From positions 2,080,001 through 2,144,000 of the forward strand of contig CBDBLO010000002.1 of assembly GCA_965207075.1 (NCBI GenBank): a DNA stretch of 64,000 nt, in the 5' to 3' direction. The notes below the pieces were generated by a model that saw nothing but the letters and a program-made list of their open reading frames with translations, had not been told where the DNA came from and did not search any database. Position 1 is the stretch's first letter. Every line of letters starts with the position of its first letter. Below, one piece after another: positions 41,311-51,148 of this stretch. Made by a program: the position numbers and the translations under genes. This stretch comes from Nitrosopumilus sp. (GTDB taxonomy: Archaea; Thermoproteota; Nitrososphaeria; Nitrososphaerales; Nitrosopumilaceae).

Positions 41311-42182
41311 CAAAGCGCATAATCCCGTGCCTTGACGTCAAGGATGGCAGGGTGGTAAAGGGGACCAGGTTCGTGGAGATCAGGGACGCGGGCGACCCGG
41401 TCGCGCTGGCCAAGCGGTACAGCGACGAGGGGGCCGACGAGCTCGTGTTCCTGGACATTACCGCGTCAGACGAGAGGCGCAAGACCATCCGGGAGCTGGT
41501 GCGCGGGGTGGCGTCCGTAATAGACATCCCGTTTACCGTCGGCGGCGGCGTCTCGACGATGGAGGATGCCCGCAACATACTGCTGAGCGGCGCAGACAAG
41601 GTCGGGATCAACACGGGCGCCATAAACAACCCGCCGATCATAACCGAGATGATGGGCCTGTTTGGGCGGCAGTGCGTCGTGGTCGCAATAGACGCGAAGA
41701 GAAACTACGGGGAGCCCGCGGACCGCGGGCGCAGCGGCGAGGGCTCCGCTGACGGCGGGGGCGGGGGCTCCGCTGACGGCGTGGGCGGGAGCGGCCCGCC
41801 GGTCATGCTGGAGGATGACAGCGGCCGCCGGTTCTGGTTTGAGGTGCACACGTACGGGGGCAAGAAGGGCACCGGCGTGGACGCCATACGGTGGGCAAGA
41901 AGGGCCCAGGGGCTCGGCGCAGGCGAGATACTGCTGACCAGCATGGACAGGGACGGCACAAAGGACGGCTACGACCACGAGCTCACCAGGCGCGTGGTGG
42001 ACGCGGTCTCCATTCCCGTGATAGCGTCCGGCGGCTGCGGGCATCCCGGCGACATGGCCGACGTCTTTGGGGCGACCGGCGTGGACGCGGCGCTGGCAGC
42101 CTCCATATTCCACTACCAAGAGTACGGCGTGTCCGGCGTAAAGCGGATCCTCAGGGACAAAGGCATTCCTGTAAGGTTATAA
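41301..42182 (+). CDS. hisF: Imidazole glycerol phosphate synthase, cyclase subunit (start apparently ACG or CTG)
   Basis: [46 protein letters not shown]. Confidence 0.93.
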   Translation, partial: TALTKRIIPCLDVKDGRVVKGTRFVEIRDAGDPVALAKRYSDEGADELVFLDITASDERRKTIRELVRGVASVIDIPFTVGGGVSTMEDARNILLSGADKVGINTGAINNPPIITEMMGLFGRQCVVVAIDAKRNYGEPADRGRSGEGSADGGGGGSADGVGGSGPPVMLEDDSGRRFWFEVHTYGGKKGTGVDAIRWARRAQGLGAGEILLTSMDRDGTKDGYDHELTRRVVDAVSIPVIASGGCGHPGDMADVFGATGVDAALAASIFHYQEYGVSGVKRILRDKGIPVRL

Positions 42183-42205
42183 GATGCGCACGCTGCGTGG
42201 GCGCA

Positions 42206-42541
42206 GTGGCCCAGATCGACATTGACGCAATCGACTTTGAGAAGGGCGGCGGGCTCGTCCCCGTTATAGTACAGGACGCGGACACGCGGGAGGTGCTGAC
42301 CCTTGCATACGCAAACCGCGAGTCGCTCGGGCTCGCGGCCAGCACGGGCAGGTCGTGGTTCTACAGCCGCTCAAGGGACAAGCTCTGGATGAAGGGCGAG
42401 GAGTCGGGAAACGTCCAGGACGTCAGCGAGATACTGGTGGACTGCGACTCTGACGCGATCATATACCTGGTCAAGCCGGCGGGGCCCGCGTGCCACAAGG
42501 GGGAGCGCGCGTGCTTTCACAACAGGCTTGCAAGACAGTAA
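42206..42541 (+). CDS. hisI: Phosphoribosyl-AMP cyclohydrolase
   Basis: GLVPVIVQD, YSRSR, LWMKGEESG, DCDSD, ACHKG..CF. Confidence 0.93.
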   Translation: MAQIDIDAIDFEKGGGLVPVIVQDADTREVLTLAYANRESLGLAASTGRSWFYSRSRDKLWMKGEESGNVQDVSEILVDCDSDAIIYLVKPAGPACHKGERACFHNRLARQ

Positions 42542-42594
42542 CGGCCTAGGGCACATGGGCGCACCACACCTGCCGAGTCGGAGAGCCGCACGGG

Positions 42595-43143
42595 CTATTG
42601 CCCCGGGTCGCCGGCCGGCGGACCCTGCAAGTCCACGACGTCCGTCTCGGCGCCGGGGGCGAACTCGTCGACCACCTCGAAGAATATCTCGTCGTTGTTT
42701 ATCCCCTCAAACCATATCATCCACTGCCCCACCAGCTGGTCCTCCTCGTAGAGGCCCTTGATTGCAGACGTGTCCGGCCTGAAGTAGAACTTTGCCACCT
42801 CGCGCTCGGACCCGTCGTACGCCCTCTCCAAAAAGATCTTGCCCTCCGGGCTTGCCACCCTGACTATCACCTGCTGGCCCGGGGTCAGCGTCCCTGCAAA
42901 GAACACGTCCTCGCCGAGCCTGTACGCCTCCTTGTTGATTCCAAAGGCGCCTGCCGTGTTCCAGACCTCCTCTGGCTCGTCCGGCTGCTCCGAGCCGCCC
43001 CTCACATAGTCCGACAGCGGGTTGTCCAGTATGAACCGCTCAGTGTCGGCTCTGTGCTCATCGTAGTCCGACAGGCTGGACGCCAAGAACATACCGCCAA
43101 CTATACCAACCGCCGCGAGTCCTATTATGATCTTGCCTATCAT
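42595..43143 (-). CDS. Hypothetical exported/membrane-anchored protein
   Basis: N-terminal TM helix followed by an acidic beta-rich domain. Confidence 0.75.
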   Translation of the reverse strand: MIGKIIIGLAAVGIVGGMFLASSLSDYDEHRADTERFILDNPLSDYVRGGSEQPDEPEEVWNTAGAFGINKEAYRLGEDVFFAGTLTPGQQVIVRVASPEGKIFLERAYDGSEREVAKFYFRPDTSAIKGLYEEDQLVGQWMIWFEGINNDEIFFEVVDEFAPGAETDVVDLQGPPAGDPGQ

Positions 43144-43545
43144 TTACAGTGGTACGGCAACGCCATCTTATAATTATTGAGCATGGGCTCTCCCAAAAGC
43201 CCGCCCTCCCGCCGCGCCATAACTCACGGGACAAACAGCTCGACGCCGGCACGCGGCCGACGGCTCAACGCGGCCGACCCAAACACAGGAACAGCCAAGC
43301 GGCAAGTGGCGCCGTCAGCGATTTCCCTCCCTCCTCCCCCTACCCCCCCCCCAGACTCACAAGCGCGGGCCGCGGTGACATCTGGGGCATCGCGGCGCCG
43401 TCCGGCGCGCACCGCATGTTTCGGGCCATCCCCGGACGGCGCACACGCGCAGCCGGCAGCAAACCCATGACGGAGCCGCACGGCGTCCGAACCGCCCTGC
43501 GCCGCAGTTATTCGACGTTTGTACCAAAATCCAACCGCTAAACCC

Positions 43546-43552
43546 TTAAATA
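43546..43552 (+). promoter_or_regulatory. TATA box of the oxidase operon
   Basis: TTAAATA about 30 nt before ATG 43583, within GC-rich intergenic DNA. Confidence 0.5.
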
Positions 43553-43582
43553 GAAATCTGAAACCACGTGAGTCAATTACTG

Positions 43583-43855
43583 ATGAGGGGCATGCTTGGA
43601 ATATCCTTGGTACTGATAGCAGTAGCGGCGGCAGTGGCGATCATACCGGCCGCCGGCGTCGCGCTTGCGGCCGGCGACGAGCCCGGCGAGTACATCGACC
43701 GCCGCGTGCTCATCTGGAACCTGTTCTTTAGGATGATGACAGTCGCGTTCACGGTCGGGGCAGTCGTATCCGGCACGATAATCTGGCAGGTGTGGCGCTT
43801 CCGTGAGTCGCACCCCAAGGCAAAGCCTACTCCGTACGAGGGGACTGACTGGTAG
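43583..43855 (+). CDS. Heme-copper oxidase subunit II, TM part (split coxB)
   Basis: IWNLFFRMMTVAFTVGAVVSG..WRFRES. Abuts the cupredoxin half. Confidence 0.8.
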   Translation: MRGMLGISLVLIAVAAAVAIIPAAGVALAAGDEPGEYIDRRVLIWNLFFRMMTVAFTVGAVVSGTIIWQVWRFRESHPKAKPTPYEGTDW

Positions 43856-44290
43856 ATGGCCGGACATCACTCAAACTGGCCCGAGTGGATATACATCGGG
43901 ATCGTGGTGGCGCTCATGACATGGGTCGGGGCCGAGGCCTGGGAGGTCGAGCGCCTCATCGAGCACGTCCCGGCCGACGCGGAGATCATAAAGGTGACGG
44001 GGCAGCAGTGGTTCTGGACCTTTGAGCACGAGGACGGCACAAAGGAGATAGGCGAGCTGCACCTGGAGGCGGGCAAGGCCTACAAGTTCGAGGTGGTGGC
44101 CACTGACGTCATACACTCGTTTAACATACACGACTACGTGGTGCTGATAGACGCGGTCCCGGGCAGGGTGAACACGGTGTGGTTTGCGCCCGACGAGCCG
44201 GGCGTGCACGACATACAGTGCCGCGAGTACTGCGGGCTGATACACTACAACATGCGCGGCACGCTGTACGTGGAGGAGCCGTCGTCATGA
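43856..44290 (+). CDS. coxB: Heme-copper oxidase subunit II, CuA domain
   Basis: GQQWFW, DVIHSF, DAVPG, CREYCGLIHYNM. Confidence 0.93.
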   Translation: MAGHHSNWPEWIYIGIVVALMTWVGAEAWEVERLIEHVPADAEIIKVTGQQWFWTFEHEDGTKEIGELHLEAGKAYKFEVVATDVIHSFNIHDYVVLIDAVPGRVNTVWFAPDEPGVHDIQCREYCGLIHYNMRGTLYVEEPSS

Positions 44291-44399
44291 CGCGGAGAGG
44301 ATGTGGGATGGGGACGAGCATTGACATTATGATCAACATACGGGCCGGGCGTCCGGCCGATGCCACCGATTATAATGTGGCGGGAGGTGCACACGCATC

Positions 44400-45926
44400 A
44401 TGGTTCTAGAGCTGCAAAAGCCGCGCCCCATATGGCAGATAATGTTCTCGACCCACCACACCGACGTGGGGCTCCTGTACCTCATAACGTCCCTGGCGTT
44501 CCTGTTCCTGGGCGGAGCGCTGGCGCTCGCAATCAGGGCGGAGCTGTTCCTGCCGGGGGCCCAGATCATAGGCGACGCGATGACGTTCAACCGCATATTC
44601 ACAGTCCACGGCACCACGCTGATCTTTTTGTTCATCATACCCTTCGCGTCTGCAGTCGGCAACTACTTTGTCCCGATAATGGTCAGGTACAAGGACATGG
44701 CGTACCCAAAGCTCAACGCGATCGCGTTCTGGATGATACCTCCCTCCGGCGCCCTGATATGGCTCGGCTTTGCGGACTTTACGTGGTACGCGACTCCCCC
44801 CTACTCGATAATCAGCGCCCCGGGGCCGGCTGCCGACATGTGGATATTCGGCCTCAAGATCCTTGGCGTATCCTCCGTGCTGGGCGCGATAAACTTCGTC
44901 GTCACCATACTAAAGTGCAAGCATCCGGACATGTCGATAGGGCAGGTCCCGCTGCTGGCGTGGTCCTTCCTCTCCTCGTCGCTCATCATACTGGTCGCAA
45001 TCCCGACCTTTGCGGCCGCGCTGCTGATGCTGCTCACCGACCGCCTCGGCGTGAGCGGCTTCTTCAACCCCGCGCTCGGCGGCGACCCGATAGCGTACGC
45101 GCACCTGTTCTGGTTCACTTTCCACCCCGAGGTGTACGTGCTTGTGATCCCGGCGATCGGGATGATGTACGAGATAATACCGAGGTTCTCCAGGAGGCCG
45201 ATCTACAGCTACAGCTCCGGGGTGTTCGCGTTCGTCCTTCTGTCGATAGTCGGGTTCTCCTCGTGGGCCCACCACATGTACGCGACGGGCATGTCGTTTA
45301 CCGAAAAGACCGTGTTCATGGTCGGCACGCTGGCGGCGGTTCCCGCGTCTGCCATGCACGTGTTCAACTTTATCGCCACTATGTGGAACGGCCGCATCAG
45401 GTTCTCCACCCCCATGATGTGGGCAGTCGGCGGGATCGCGCTCTTCTTCTCGGCGGGTGCCGGCGGCGTCGTCAACAGCGCAATGCCGCTGGACTTTACC
45501 ACGCACGACACCTACTGGGTGGTCGGACACTTCCACCTCTTTGTGATGGGTACCATAGCGTTCGGGTCCATCGGGTACCTCTACTACATGTTCCCGTACG
45601 TGACCGGAAGGATGTACAACGAGACGATGGGCAAGATACACTTTGTAATGTCGTTCATCGGCACCATCCTGGTGTTCTTTACGCAGCACGTGCTCGGGCT
45701 GTACGGGATGCCGCGGCGCATATTTGACTACCCGCCCATACCGGAGTGGATCGCGATGAACCAGATCGCGTCGATAGGGGCTATGATAATCGGGGTCAGC
45801 ATGGTGGTGTTCCTGGCAAACATGATACACAGCTCCGCAAAGGGCGAGCCGGCAAACACGGACGACCCGTTCGGCGTGGGCGGCAGGTACTATTACCCGT
45901 TTGAGGCAAAGAACCCCTCGCATTGA
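44400..45926 (+). CDS. coxA: Heme-copper oxidase subunit I
   Basis: TVHG, FWFTFHPEVY, WAHHMY, HDTYWVVGHFH, GMPRR. Confidence 0.97.
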   Translation: MVLELQKPRPIWQIMFSTHHTDVGLLYLITSLAFLFLGGALALAIRAELFLPGAQIIGDAMTFNRIFTVHGTTLIFLFIIPFASAVGNYFVPIMVRYKDMAYPKLNAIAFWMIPPSGALIWLGFADFTWYATPPYSIISAPGPAADMWIFGLKILGVSSVLGAINFVVTILKCKHPDMSIGQVPLLAWSFLSSSLIILVAIPTFAAALLMLLTDRLGVSGFFNPALGGDPIAYAHLFWFTFHPEVYVLVIPAIGMMYEIIPRFSRRPIYSYSSGVFAFVLLSIVGFSSWAHHMYATGMSFTEKTVFMVGTLAAVPASAMHVFNFIATMWNGRIRFSTPMMWAVGGIALFFSAGAGGVVNSAMPLDFTTHDTYWVVGHFHLFVMGTIAFGSIGYLYYMFPYVTGRMYNETMGKIHFVMSFIGTILVFFTQHVLGLYGMPRRIFDYPPIPEWIAMNQIASIGAMIIGVSMVVFLANMIHSSAKGEPANTDDPFGVGGRYYYPFEAKNPSH

Positions 45927-45961
45927 TGATGATGATGATGATGATGGTAGTGTGGTAAGAG

Positions 45962-46963
45962 ATGGCAGACGGCAGAAGCAGCGGGACGCAGCAGCAGGTG
46001 TACATGACCACGCCGGCCAGGACCGGCAAGATGATGGCCATAATGCTGGGCATATGCATAGTTGGAGGCGCCATCTTCTTCGGGATGTGGGACTATTGGA
46101 TATCCGAGCCGGCCCCGATCGTGGCGATAATGGCGGCCTCCACCGCGGCGCCCGTCGCGGAGCAGGCGGAGCAGACGGGCCAAACCATAACCTCGGACCT
46201 AGTCTTCATCGAGGCTGACGACTTTATCACGATGGCCTTCAACGCGCTGCCCGGCGAGGAGGGCAACAACCCGACCATAAACATGAACGTGGGCGACAAG
46301 GTCGTGTTCAACGTGGTAAGCGACGGCATCTCGCTGCACGCGTTTGGCGTCACGCAGGAGGAGGAGGGCACCGCTGGCATCATACCCGGCACCGAGATCG
46401 GCAGCCCCAACAGCCCGATGCTGAAGGGGGACAGCGGCACCGCTGAGTTCGTGGCCGGCGAGGAGGGCACCTACTATTACATATGCACGGTCCCCGGGCA
46501 CAGGGCACAGGGCATGGAGGGCACCATTGTGGTGGGCCCCGCGCCCGAGTCTGGGGACGGCGGCAGCGGAGGAGGAGGAGGAGAGGCGGCCCCCCCGACC
46601 GGCATATCGCACGAGTTTGAGTTTGACTATGTAGAGTCCGACGACTTTAGGACGTTCGGGTTCAACGGGCTTGAGGGCGAGGAGGGGGCAAACCCCGAGA
46701 TTGTGGTCAACTCCGGCGACGAGATTACGGTCACCACGGTCAACGTGGGCGTCTCGTTCCACTCGTTCGGGGTGGTGGCAGACCCCGCCGACTTTGCAAA
46801 CGTGCTGTGGGGCTCGGAGATAGGGTCCATGACAAGCCCGCTTAAGAACGGCGAGAGCGGCTCAGTCACGTTCACGGCCGGGGCGCCGGGCAAGTACTAT
46901 TACATCTGTACCGTTCCAGGCCACGCCCTGCAGGGGATGCAGGGGGTCCTGACTGTCGAGTAG
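45962..46963 (+). CDS. Membrane-anchored tandem blue-copper (cupredoxin) protein
   Basis: Two YYYICTVPGH....M type-1 Cu sites, each with an upstream H (LHAF, FHSF). Confidence 0.9.
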   Translation: MADGRSSGTQQQVYMTTPARTGKMMAIMLGICIVGGAIFFGMWDYWISEPAPIVAIMAASTAAPVAEQAEQTGQTITSDLVFIEADDFITMAFNALPGEEGNNPTINMNVGDKVVFNVVSDGISLHAFGVTQEEEGTAGIIPGTEIGSPNSPMLKGDSGTAEFVAGEEGTYYYICTVPGHRAQGMEGTIVVGPAPESGDGGSGGGGGEAAPPTGISHEFEFDYVESDDFRTFGFNGLEGEEGANPEIVVNSGDEITVTTVNVGVSFHSFGVVADPADFANVLWGSEIGSMTSPLKNGESGSVTFTAGAPGKYYYICTVPGHALQGMQGVLTVE

Positions 46964-46965
46964 CC

Positions 46966-47595
46966 TTGGCTGCCATAAAGTACCTTGCACTATCGAGCAT
47001 GATCGTGCTGTACTCGCTCATGTTCCTTGGCGGGTACATATCGGCCGCGGGCCTGGGGCTCACGTGCCCCGAGTGGCCGCTGTGCCCGGACGGCATAATG
47101 CCCTCAGAAGAATACCTGATAGAATGGATACACAGGCTGGCCGCCGCCACCACGGGCGCGCTCGTGGTCGCCACCATGATCGCCGGCTTCCTGCACAGGG
47201 GGGCCGATGCCAAGATCAGGGTCACGAGCTCGCTTGCGACCGTCTTTGTCATAGTCCAGATCACGCTCGGGGCGCTCGTCATCGACCTAAAGCTGCACGC
47301 CGTCCTGGTCGCGATACACCTGGGGATAGGGATACTGCTGTTTGCAATGGTGCTGCTGACGACGCTGTTTGCGTTCCGCATACAGTCGCCCGCAAAGGCC
47401 GTTGCGCATGGCCGCAGCGGTGGTAGCGGTAGCAGCAACGGCAACAATAGCAGCAGTGACGACAACTATGGCACTGGCGACAGTGGCGATAGCAGCAACG
47501 GCAACGCCAACCGCAACGGCCGCGGACTACGCCGGAACTCCGGCGGCGGCGCCAAGATGATGCAGGATGCCGCAACGGCGGACGTTGCGCACTGA
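46966..47595 (+). CDS. ctaA: Heme A synthase (short CtaA/COX15)
   Basis: GLTCPEWPLC, EWIHR, QITLG, IHLG. Ser/Asn/Gly low-complexity tail. Confidence 0.88.
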   Translation: MAAIKYLALSSMIVLYSLMFLGGYISAAGLGLTCPEWPLCPDGIMPSEEYLIEWIHRLAAATTGALVVATMIAGFLHRGADAKIRVTSSLATVFVIVQITLGALVIDLKLHAVLVAIHLGIGILLFAMVLLTTLFAFRIQSPAKAVAHGRSGGSGSSNGNNSSSDDNYGTGDSGDSSNGNANRNGRGLRRNSGGGAKMMQDAATADVAH

Positions 47596-47663
47596 CTAGG
47601 TACTGGAGGGACGACGACGACGGCCGCCGCCGCCGCCGGCCCCGCACGCATACCACATACAGA

Positions 47664-48293
47664 TCACCGGCCAAACGGAGGATGCCTGCCGCCGGCCCCG
47701 CCGTCTCCTCCCCCCTCTCGCCGCCGCCATCGCCGCTGCATCTTCGGAAGGTAGATGTACGCCATCACGCCTGCAAAGCAGAACGCCCCGACTGTAATGG
47801 ATATGATAAAGATGTACCCAAACGGGCTCTGCGTGCCCATGTTGAACGTATACGTGGTTACCCCGGGCTTGTCCACCATGTCATAGAGGTCCACCTTTAC
47901 GATGTGGTTTCCCTGATACCGCCACGTGTGCCCAAAGTCCCAGTGCCCCCCCTCTATGGCCGTGGGCGGGACCGCGTCCACCTGCTGCCCGTTGTAAAAG
48001 AACCTGATTCCCATCGTGAACCTGTCTACCTCCTCAAAGTCCGTGTCGGTCACCCGGACCAGAAACATCGACGGCTCGTCGATCTGGGGAAACTCGGGGG
48101 CCGTCGCAACCTGCACCCTGTACCCCGCCATAAACTCCTCGGCCGAGTTGAACATGGAGTGCCCCGACGCCTCCTGCGCGCCCGGCACCAAGGCGCACGC
48201 CGCGCACAGCAGAGCGATCGCGGCCACGCCCCGGACGAGGGCGGACCCCGGGGCCTTCTTCTTCTGCCGCCCTCCCGCCGGTTTTGTCATCAT
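47664..48293 (-). CDS. Hypothetical exported protein with C-terminal anchor
   Basis: Signal peptide ending A-S-G|H-S, C-terminal TM helix. Confidence 0.75.
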   Translation of the reverse strand: MMTKPAGGRQKKKAPGSALVRGVAAIALLCAACALVPGAQEASGHSMFNSAEEFMAGYRVQVATAPEFPQIDEPSMFLVRVTDTDFEEVDRFTMGIRFFYNGQQVDAVPPTAIEGGHWDFGHTWRYQGNHIVKVDLYDMVDKPGVTTYTFNMGTQSPFGYIFIISITVGAFCFAGVMAYIYLPKMQRRWRRREGGGDGGAGGRHPPFGR

Positions 48294-48346
48294 ACTCTGG
48301 GATCGTCTTCAAAAGCTTTAAATCCTTATTGGCAAGAGTCGGATCG

Positions 48347-48958
48347 TTGACACTTGTCACGAAATCCACCGAGATAAAGGTGCCAGTCGACAGCGTCTTT
48401 ACCTATTTTGCGCGGCCCGAGCACGTCTCGGATCAGATGAAGAGCGAGACGGTGGGCATGACCGTGATCCCCATGGACATCAAGGAGGGGATGGGGGTCG
48501 GAACCACGTTTCGCGTGATAGGCGACTTTGGAGGCAAGCGGCTGGAATGGGACTGCGAGACCACCGAGTTTGTGCGCAACAAGCGCATATCCGCAGAGCA
48601 GACTGAGGGCCCGTTCAAGAAATGGGCCATCACAAACGAGTTTGAGGAGCTCGGGGCCAACCTGACCAGGGTTACCATGTCAGTGGACTATGAGATGCCC
48701 TTTGGCCCGCTGGGCGCCATCCTGAACAAGGCAAAGTTTGCAAAGTCCGCCGAGAGGGGCATGGAGACGGCCCTGTACAGCGTCCGCGGACTCTTGGAGG
48801 GCAACGGCTCGATTCCCGTATACATCACGCTTGACGCGTATCAAAAGCTGCTCGAGGAGAAGAAAAAGATGAACGACGTGCCGGTCTCCACCGCGCTGAC
48901 GGCCATCATACAAAAGTACAACCAGATAGAGCAGAAAGAGCTTGCCGTCACAGGATAG
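48347..48958 (+). CDS. SRPBCC/cyclase family protein
   Basis: STEIKVPVDSVF, EGPFKKW, VDYEMPFGPLG. TTTAAAT upstream of the TTG start. Confidence 0.85.
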   Translation: MTLVTKSTEIKVPVDSVFTYFARPEHVSDQMKSETVGMTVIPMDIKEGMGVGTTFRVIGDFGGKRLEWDCETTEFVRNKRISAEQTEGPFKKWAITNEFEELGANLTRVTMSVDYEMPFGPLGAILNKAKFAKSAERGMETALYSVRGLLEGNGSIPVYITLDAYQKLLEEKKKMNDVPVSTALTAIIQKYNQIEQKELAVTG

Positions 48959-49093
48959 GCAGCGCCGTGCGTTTCTGACGTTTTCAAACCGCGAGCATCT
49001 AGCCCGCTTGCGACGCCCGTGTCCCGCCTCCGGCGTCCCGCGCCCCGGCGGATCTGAAGATTATAATAGTAATTTTGCGCCGTCCGTAACGGT

Positions 49094-49167
49094 GGGTCTA
49101 TGGCGCAGCCAGGTAGCGCTCAGGACTCTTAATCCTGCTGTCGTGGGTTCGAATCCCTCTAGACCCG
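49094..49167 (+). tRNA. tRNA-Lys(CTT)
   Basis: GGGTCTA/TAGACCC-G acceptor, CAGGA-CTCTTAA-TCCTG anticodon arm, TTCGAAT T-loop. TTATAATA upstream. Confidence 0.95.
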
Positions 49168-49337
49168 CTACTATACCGGTACTCTTTTGGGCTCCGGTAA
49201 GTGGAAAGAATGATCACAGGTAGGAAGGAAAGGCCCGAAAGGCGAAAACCGGGGGAGGGGTGTCACGGCGGCGCGCAGGGGCGCGGGACTCGCCCTTCCA
49301 CAGGGGCTTTTATGGGATCGGGGGTGTGCGTCCGACC

Positions 49338-50639
49338 ATGATTAAGATTACAAAAGAGGAGTTGAGGGACGGTGGGTCTGCCGCATCATGTACCGAGCCC
49401 CTCGACCTGTTCTGGCAGGGCATCAGGGCCGAGGAGACCCGCAAGACATACACGCGCACGCTCAGGCGCCTGCTGTGCGGCGCGCTGGAGGAGGTGCTGG
49501 AGGGCACGTTTGAGGAGCGCGCGGCGCAGCTTGTGCGGCTGGGAAAGGACGACCCGAACCGCACGCTGAACCTCGTGCTGCGCATATCAGGAAAGATTCG
49601 GGCGAGGAGCTCGCTGCCGCACGACCACCCGGACTACTTTAACCCGTCGGGCGTCCCCAACTACTTCAAGCCGCTCAAAAAGCTGTTCGACATGAACGGC
49701 GTTTCAATGCCGTGGAAGCGCATCTACTCGACGTTCCCCGAGTCCGACAACATCACGGAATCGCGGGGATGGACCCGGGGGGAGATACAGTCCATGCTCC
49801 GGTTTGCCAAGGGGTCGGCCGACAGGGCCGTCATACTGGTCGCCGCCAGTTCGGGCATAAGGGCCGGGGGGTTTGAGCTGCTGCGGTGGTCGGATCTCAG
49901 GCCGATATACCGCGCCGCTGCCGGCGGGGGCGGTAGCAGTGACGATGGGAACAGAAGCAGCAGCGACGTCCTCAGCTTTGAGCATGGTGGAGGCGACGGC
50001 ACTGCGGCGGAGCCGGTCTGCGCCATGCTTACCGTATACGCCCGCACAAACGCAAGCTATCCGGCGTTCGTCACGCCGGAGGCGTACGCGGCGGTAATGG
50101 ATTACCGGGGCGTGTGGGCCTCGGAGATCGGCAGGCCCCCGGAGCCCGGCGATCCCATCTTCAAGAGGGCCGGAAGCCTGCCCGCAAAGGCCACCACCCC
50201 GCTGATAAAGAGGAGGATCGAGAAGGTGGCCGGCGCGGCGGGCCTGCGCGCCTCCGGCAGAAAGTCCCGCAACCTGTTTGACGTGCCCATAATGAACGGC
50301 TTCCGCCGGTTCTGGAACAAGGCGTGCAAGGAGTCCTCCTCGAGGGAGTCGCCCCTGTCGTCCCTGATAAGAAAGGAGTACATGATGGGGCATGTCGGCC
50401 TGGTGAGCCTGGACCGCAACTACTTCAAGACGCACGTGATGGAGCTTGCAGAAGAGTACCTGCAGTCGGTGCCGCACCTGACCATAGACGACGCGGTCAG
50501 GCTGCGGCTGGCAAACGCGAGGCAGTCGGAGAGGATAGGGCTGCTGGAGGATGAAAAGGACAGGGAGATTGCAAAGCTGCGCCTCATGGTCGAGCAGCTT
50601 GCGGGCAGGATCGAGTCCTACTCCTCCCGGGGGATCTGA
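49338..50639 (+). CDS. Tyrosine recombinase/integrase
   Basis: SSGIRAGG (R), NGFRRF (HxxR variant with N), MMGH, DRNY (Y). C-terminal coiled coil. Confidence 0.9.
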   Translation: MIKITKEELRDGGSAASCTEPLDLFWQGIRAEETRKTYTRTLRRLLCGALEEVLEGTFEERAAQLVRLGKDDPNRTLNLVLRISGKIRARSSLPHDHPDYFNPSGVPNYFKPLKKLFDMNGVSMPWKRIYSTFPESDNITESRGWTRGEIQSMLRFAKGSADRAVILVAASSGIRAGGFELLRWSDLRPIYRAAAGGGGSSDDGNRSSSDVLSFEHGGGDGTAAEPVCAMLTVYARTNASYPAFVTPEAYAAVMDYRGVWASEIGRPPEPGDPIFKRAGSLPAKATTPLIKRRIEKVAGAAGLRASGRKSRNLFDVPIMNGFRRFWNKACKESSSRESPLSSLIRKEYMMGHVGLVSLDRNYFKTHVMELAEEYLQSVPHLTIDDAVRLRLANARQSERIGLLEDEKDREIAKLRLMVEQLAGRIESYSSRGI

Positions 50640-50669
50640 GGTTTTTATGCGCCCCGCGGCACTGGCCGC

Positions 50670-50810
50670 ATGGACAGTAAGACATGCCCCGTATGTTTGC
50701 GCGCCTTGGACCTGCATTCTGACGCGGAGGTCATCGCCTGCGCACGCGCCTTGACATCCCGCACGCACGCGGAAAAACCGCGCCAGACCGCGCAGGAATT
50801 CACGCACTGA
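50670..50810 (+). CDS. Small CxxC-H-C zinc-finger protein (46 aa)
   Basis: MDSKTCPVCLRALDLHSDAEVIACARALT... TTTTTAT about 25 nt upstream. Below the track cutoff. Confidence 0.6.
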   Translation: MDSKTCPVCLRALDLHSDAEVIACARALTSRTHAEKPRQTAQEFTH

Positions 50811-50945
50811 TCGACGTAGGCGCCAAGTCCCGCCGGGTACTGCTTCCAATTCGTGATACGCGGCCTTGCGAGACGGCGATACCGTACTTGGATCGTACTA
50901 TGTGAAGTATGCGCGCACTTAAAAGGGGGCAGATCGCAATGGAGA

Positions 50946-51029
50946 CGGCGGCCGGGGGATTCGAACCCCCATGCGCTTGCGCGCGGCGATTCAGGAGATC
51001 GCTGCCAAACCGGGTATGGCGTAGCTGCC
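50946..51029 (-). tRNA. Atypical tRNA-like gene: long variable arm, G73, anticodon CCT
   Basis: GGCAGCT AC GCCA TACCCGGTT TGGC A GCGAT CTCCTGA ATCGC C GCGC GCAA GCGC AT GGGGG TTCGAAT CCCCC GGCCGCC G (84 nt). Confidence 0.7.
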
Positions 51030-51148
51030 ACCTATTCCCTACGGGCGTGCTGCGCTTTTATCCGTAACTTTCCAAGGTGAGGCTTCCAATTCGTGATACG
51101 CGGGCGGCGGTCTCGATCTTTTATATGGATCTGGGGTCTGGAGATCGC

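Noticed and set aside
43150-43540. ncRNA or gene in the GC-rich gap before the oxidase operon
   Set aside because: No recognisable fold or coding signal, only C-rich low-complexity sequence.
43583-44290. coxB pseudogene (stop between TM and CuA parts)
   Set aside because: Both halves have clean starts and intact motifs, and a split subunit II is, to my recollection, normal in this lineage.
49140-49167. Duplicate of the tRNA-Lys 3' end (attR) within the window
   Set aside because: No second copy was seen. The tRNA-like sequences at 50946 and 56762 are on the opposite strand and do not match it.
50946-51029. tRNA-Sec or tRNA-Pyl
   Set aside because: The anticodon is CCT rather than TCA or CTA, and the fold is 7/5 with a 4-bp D stem.
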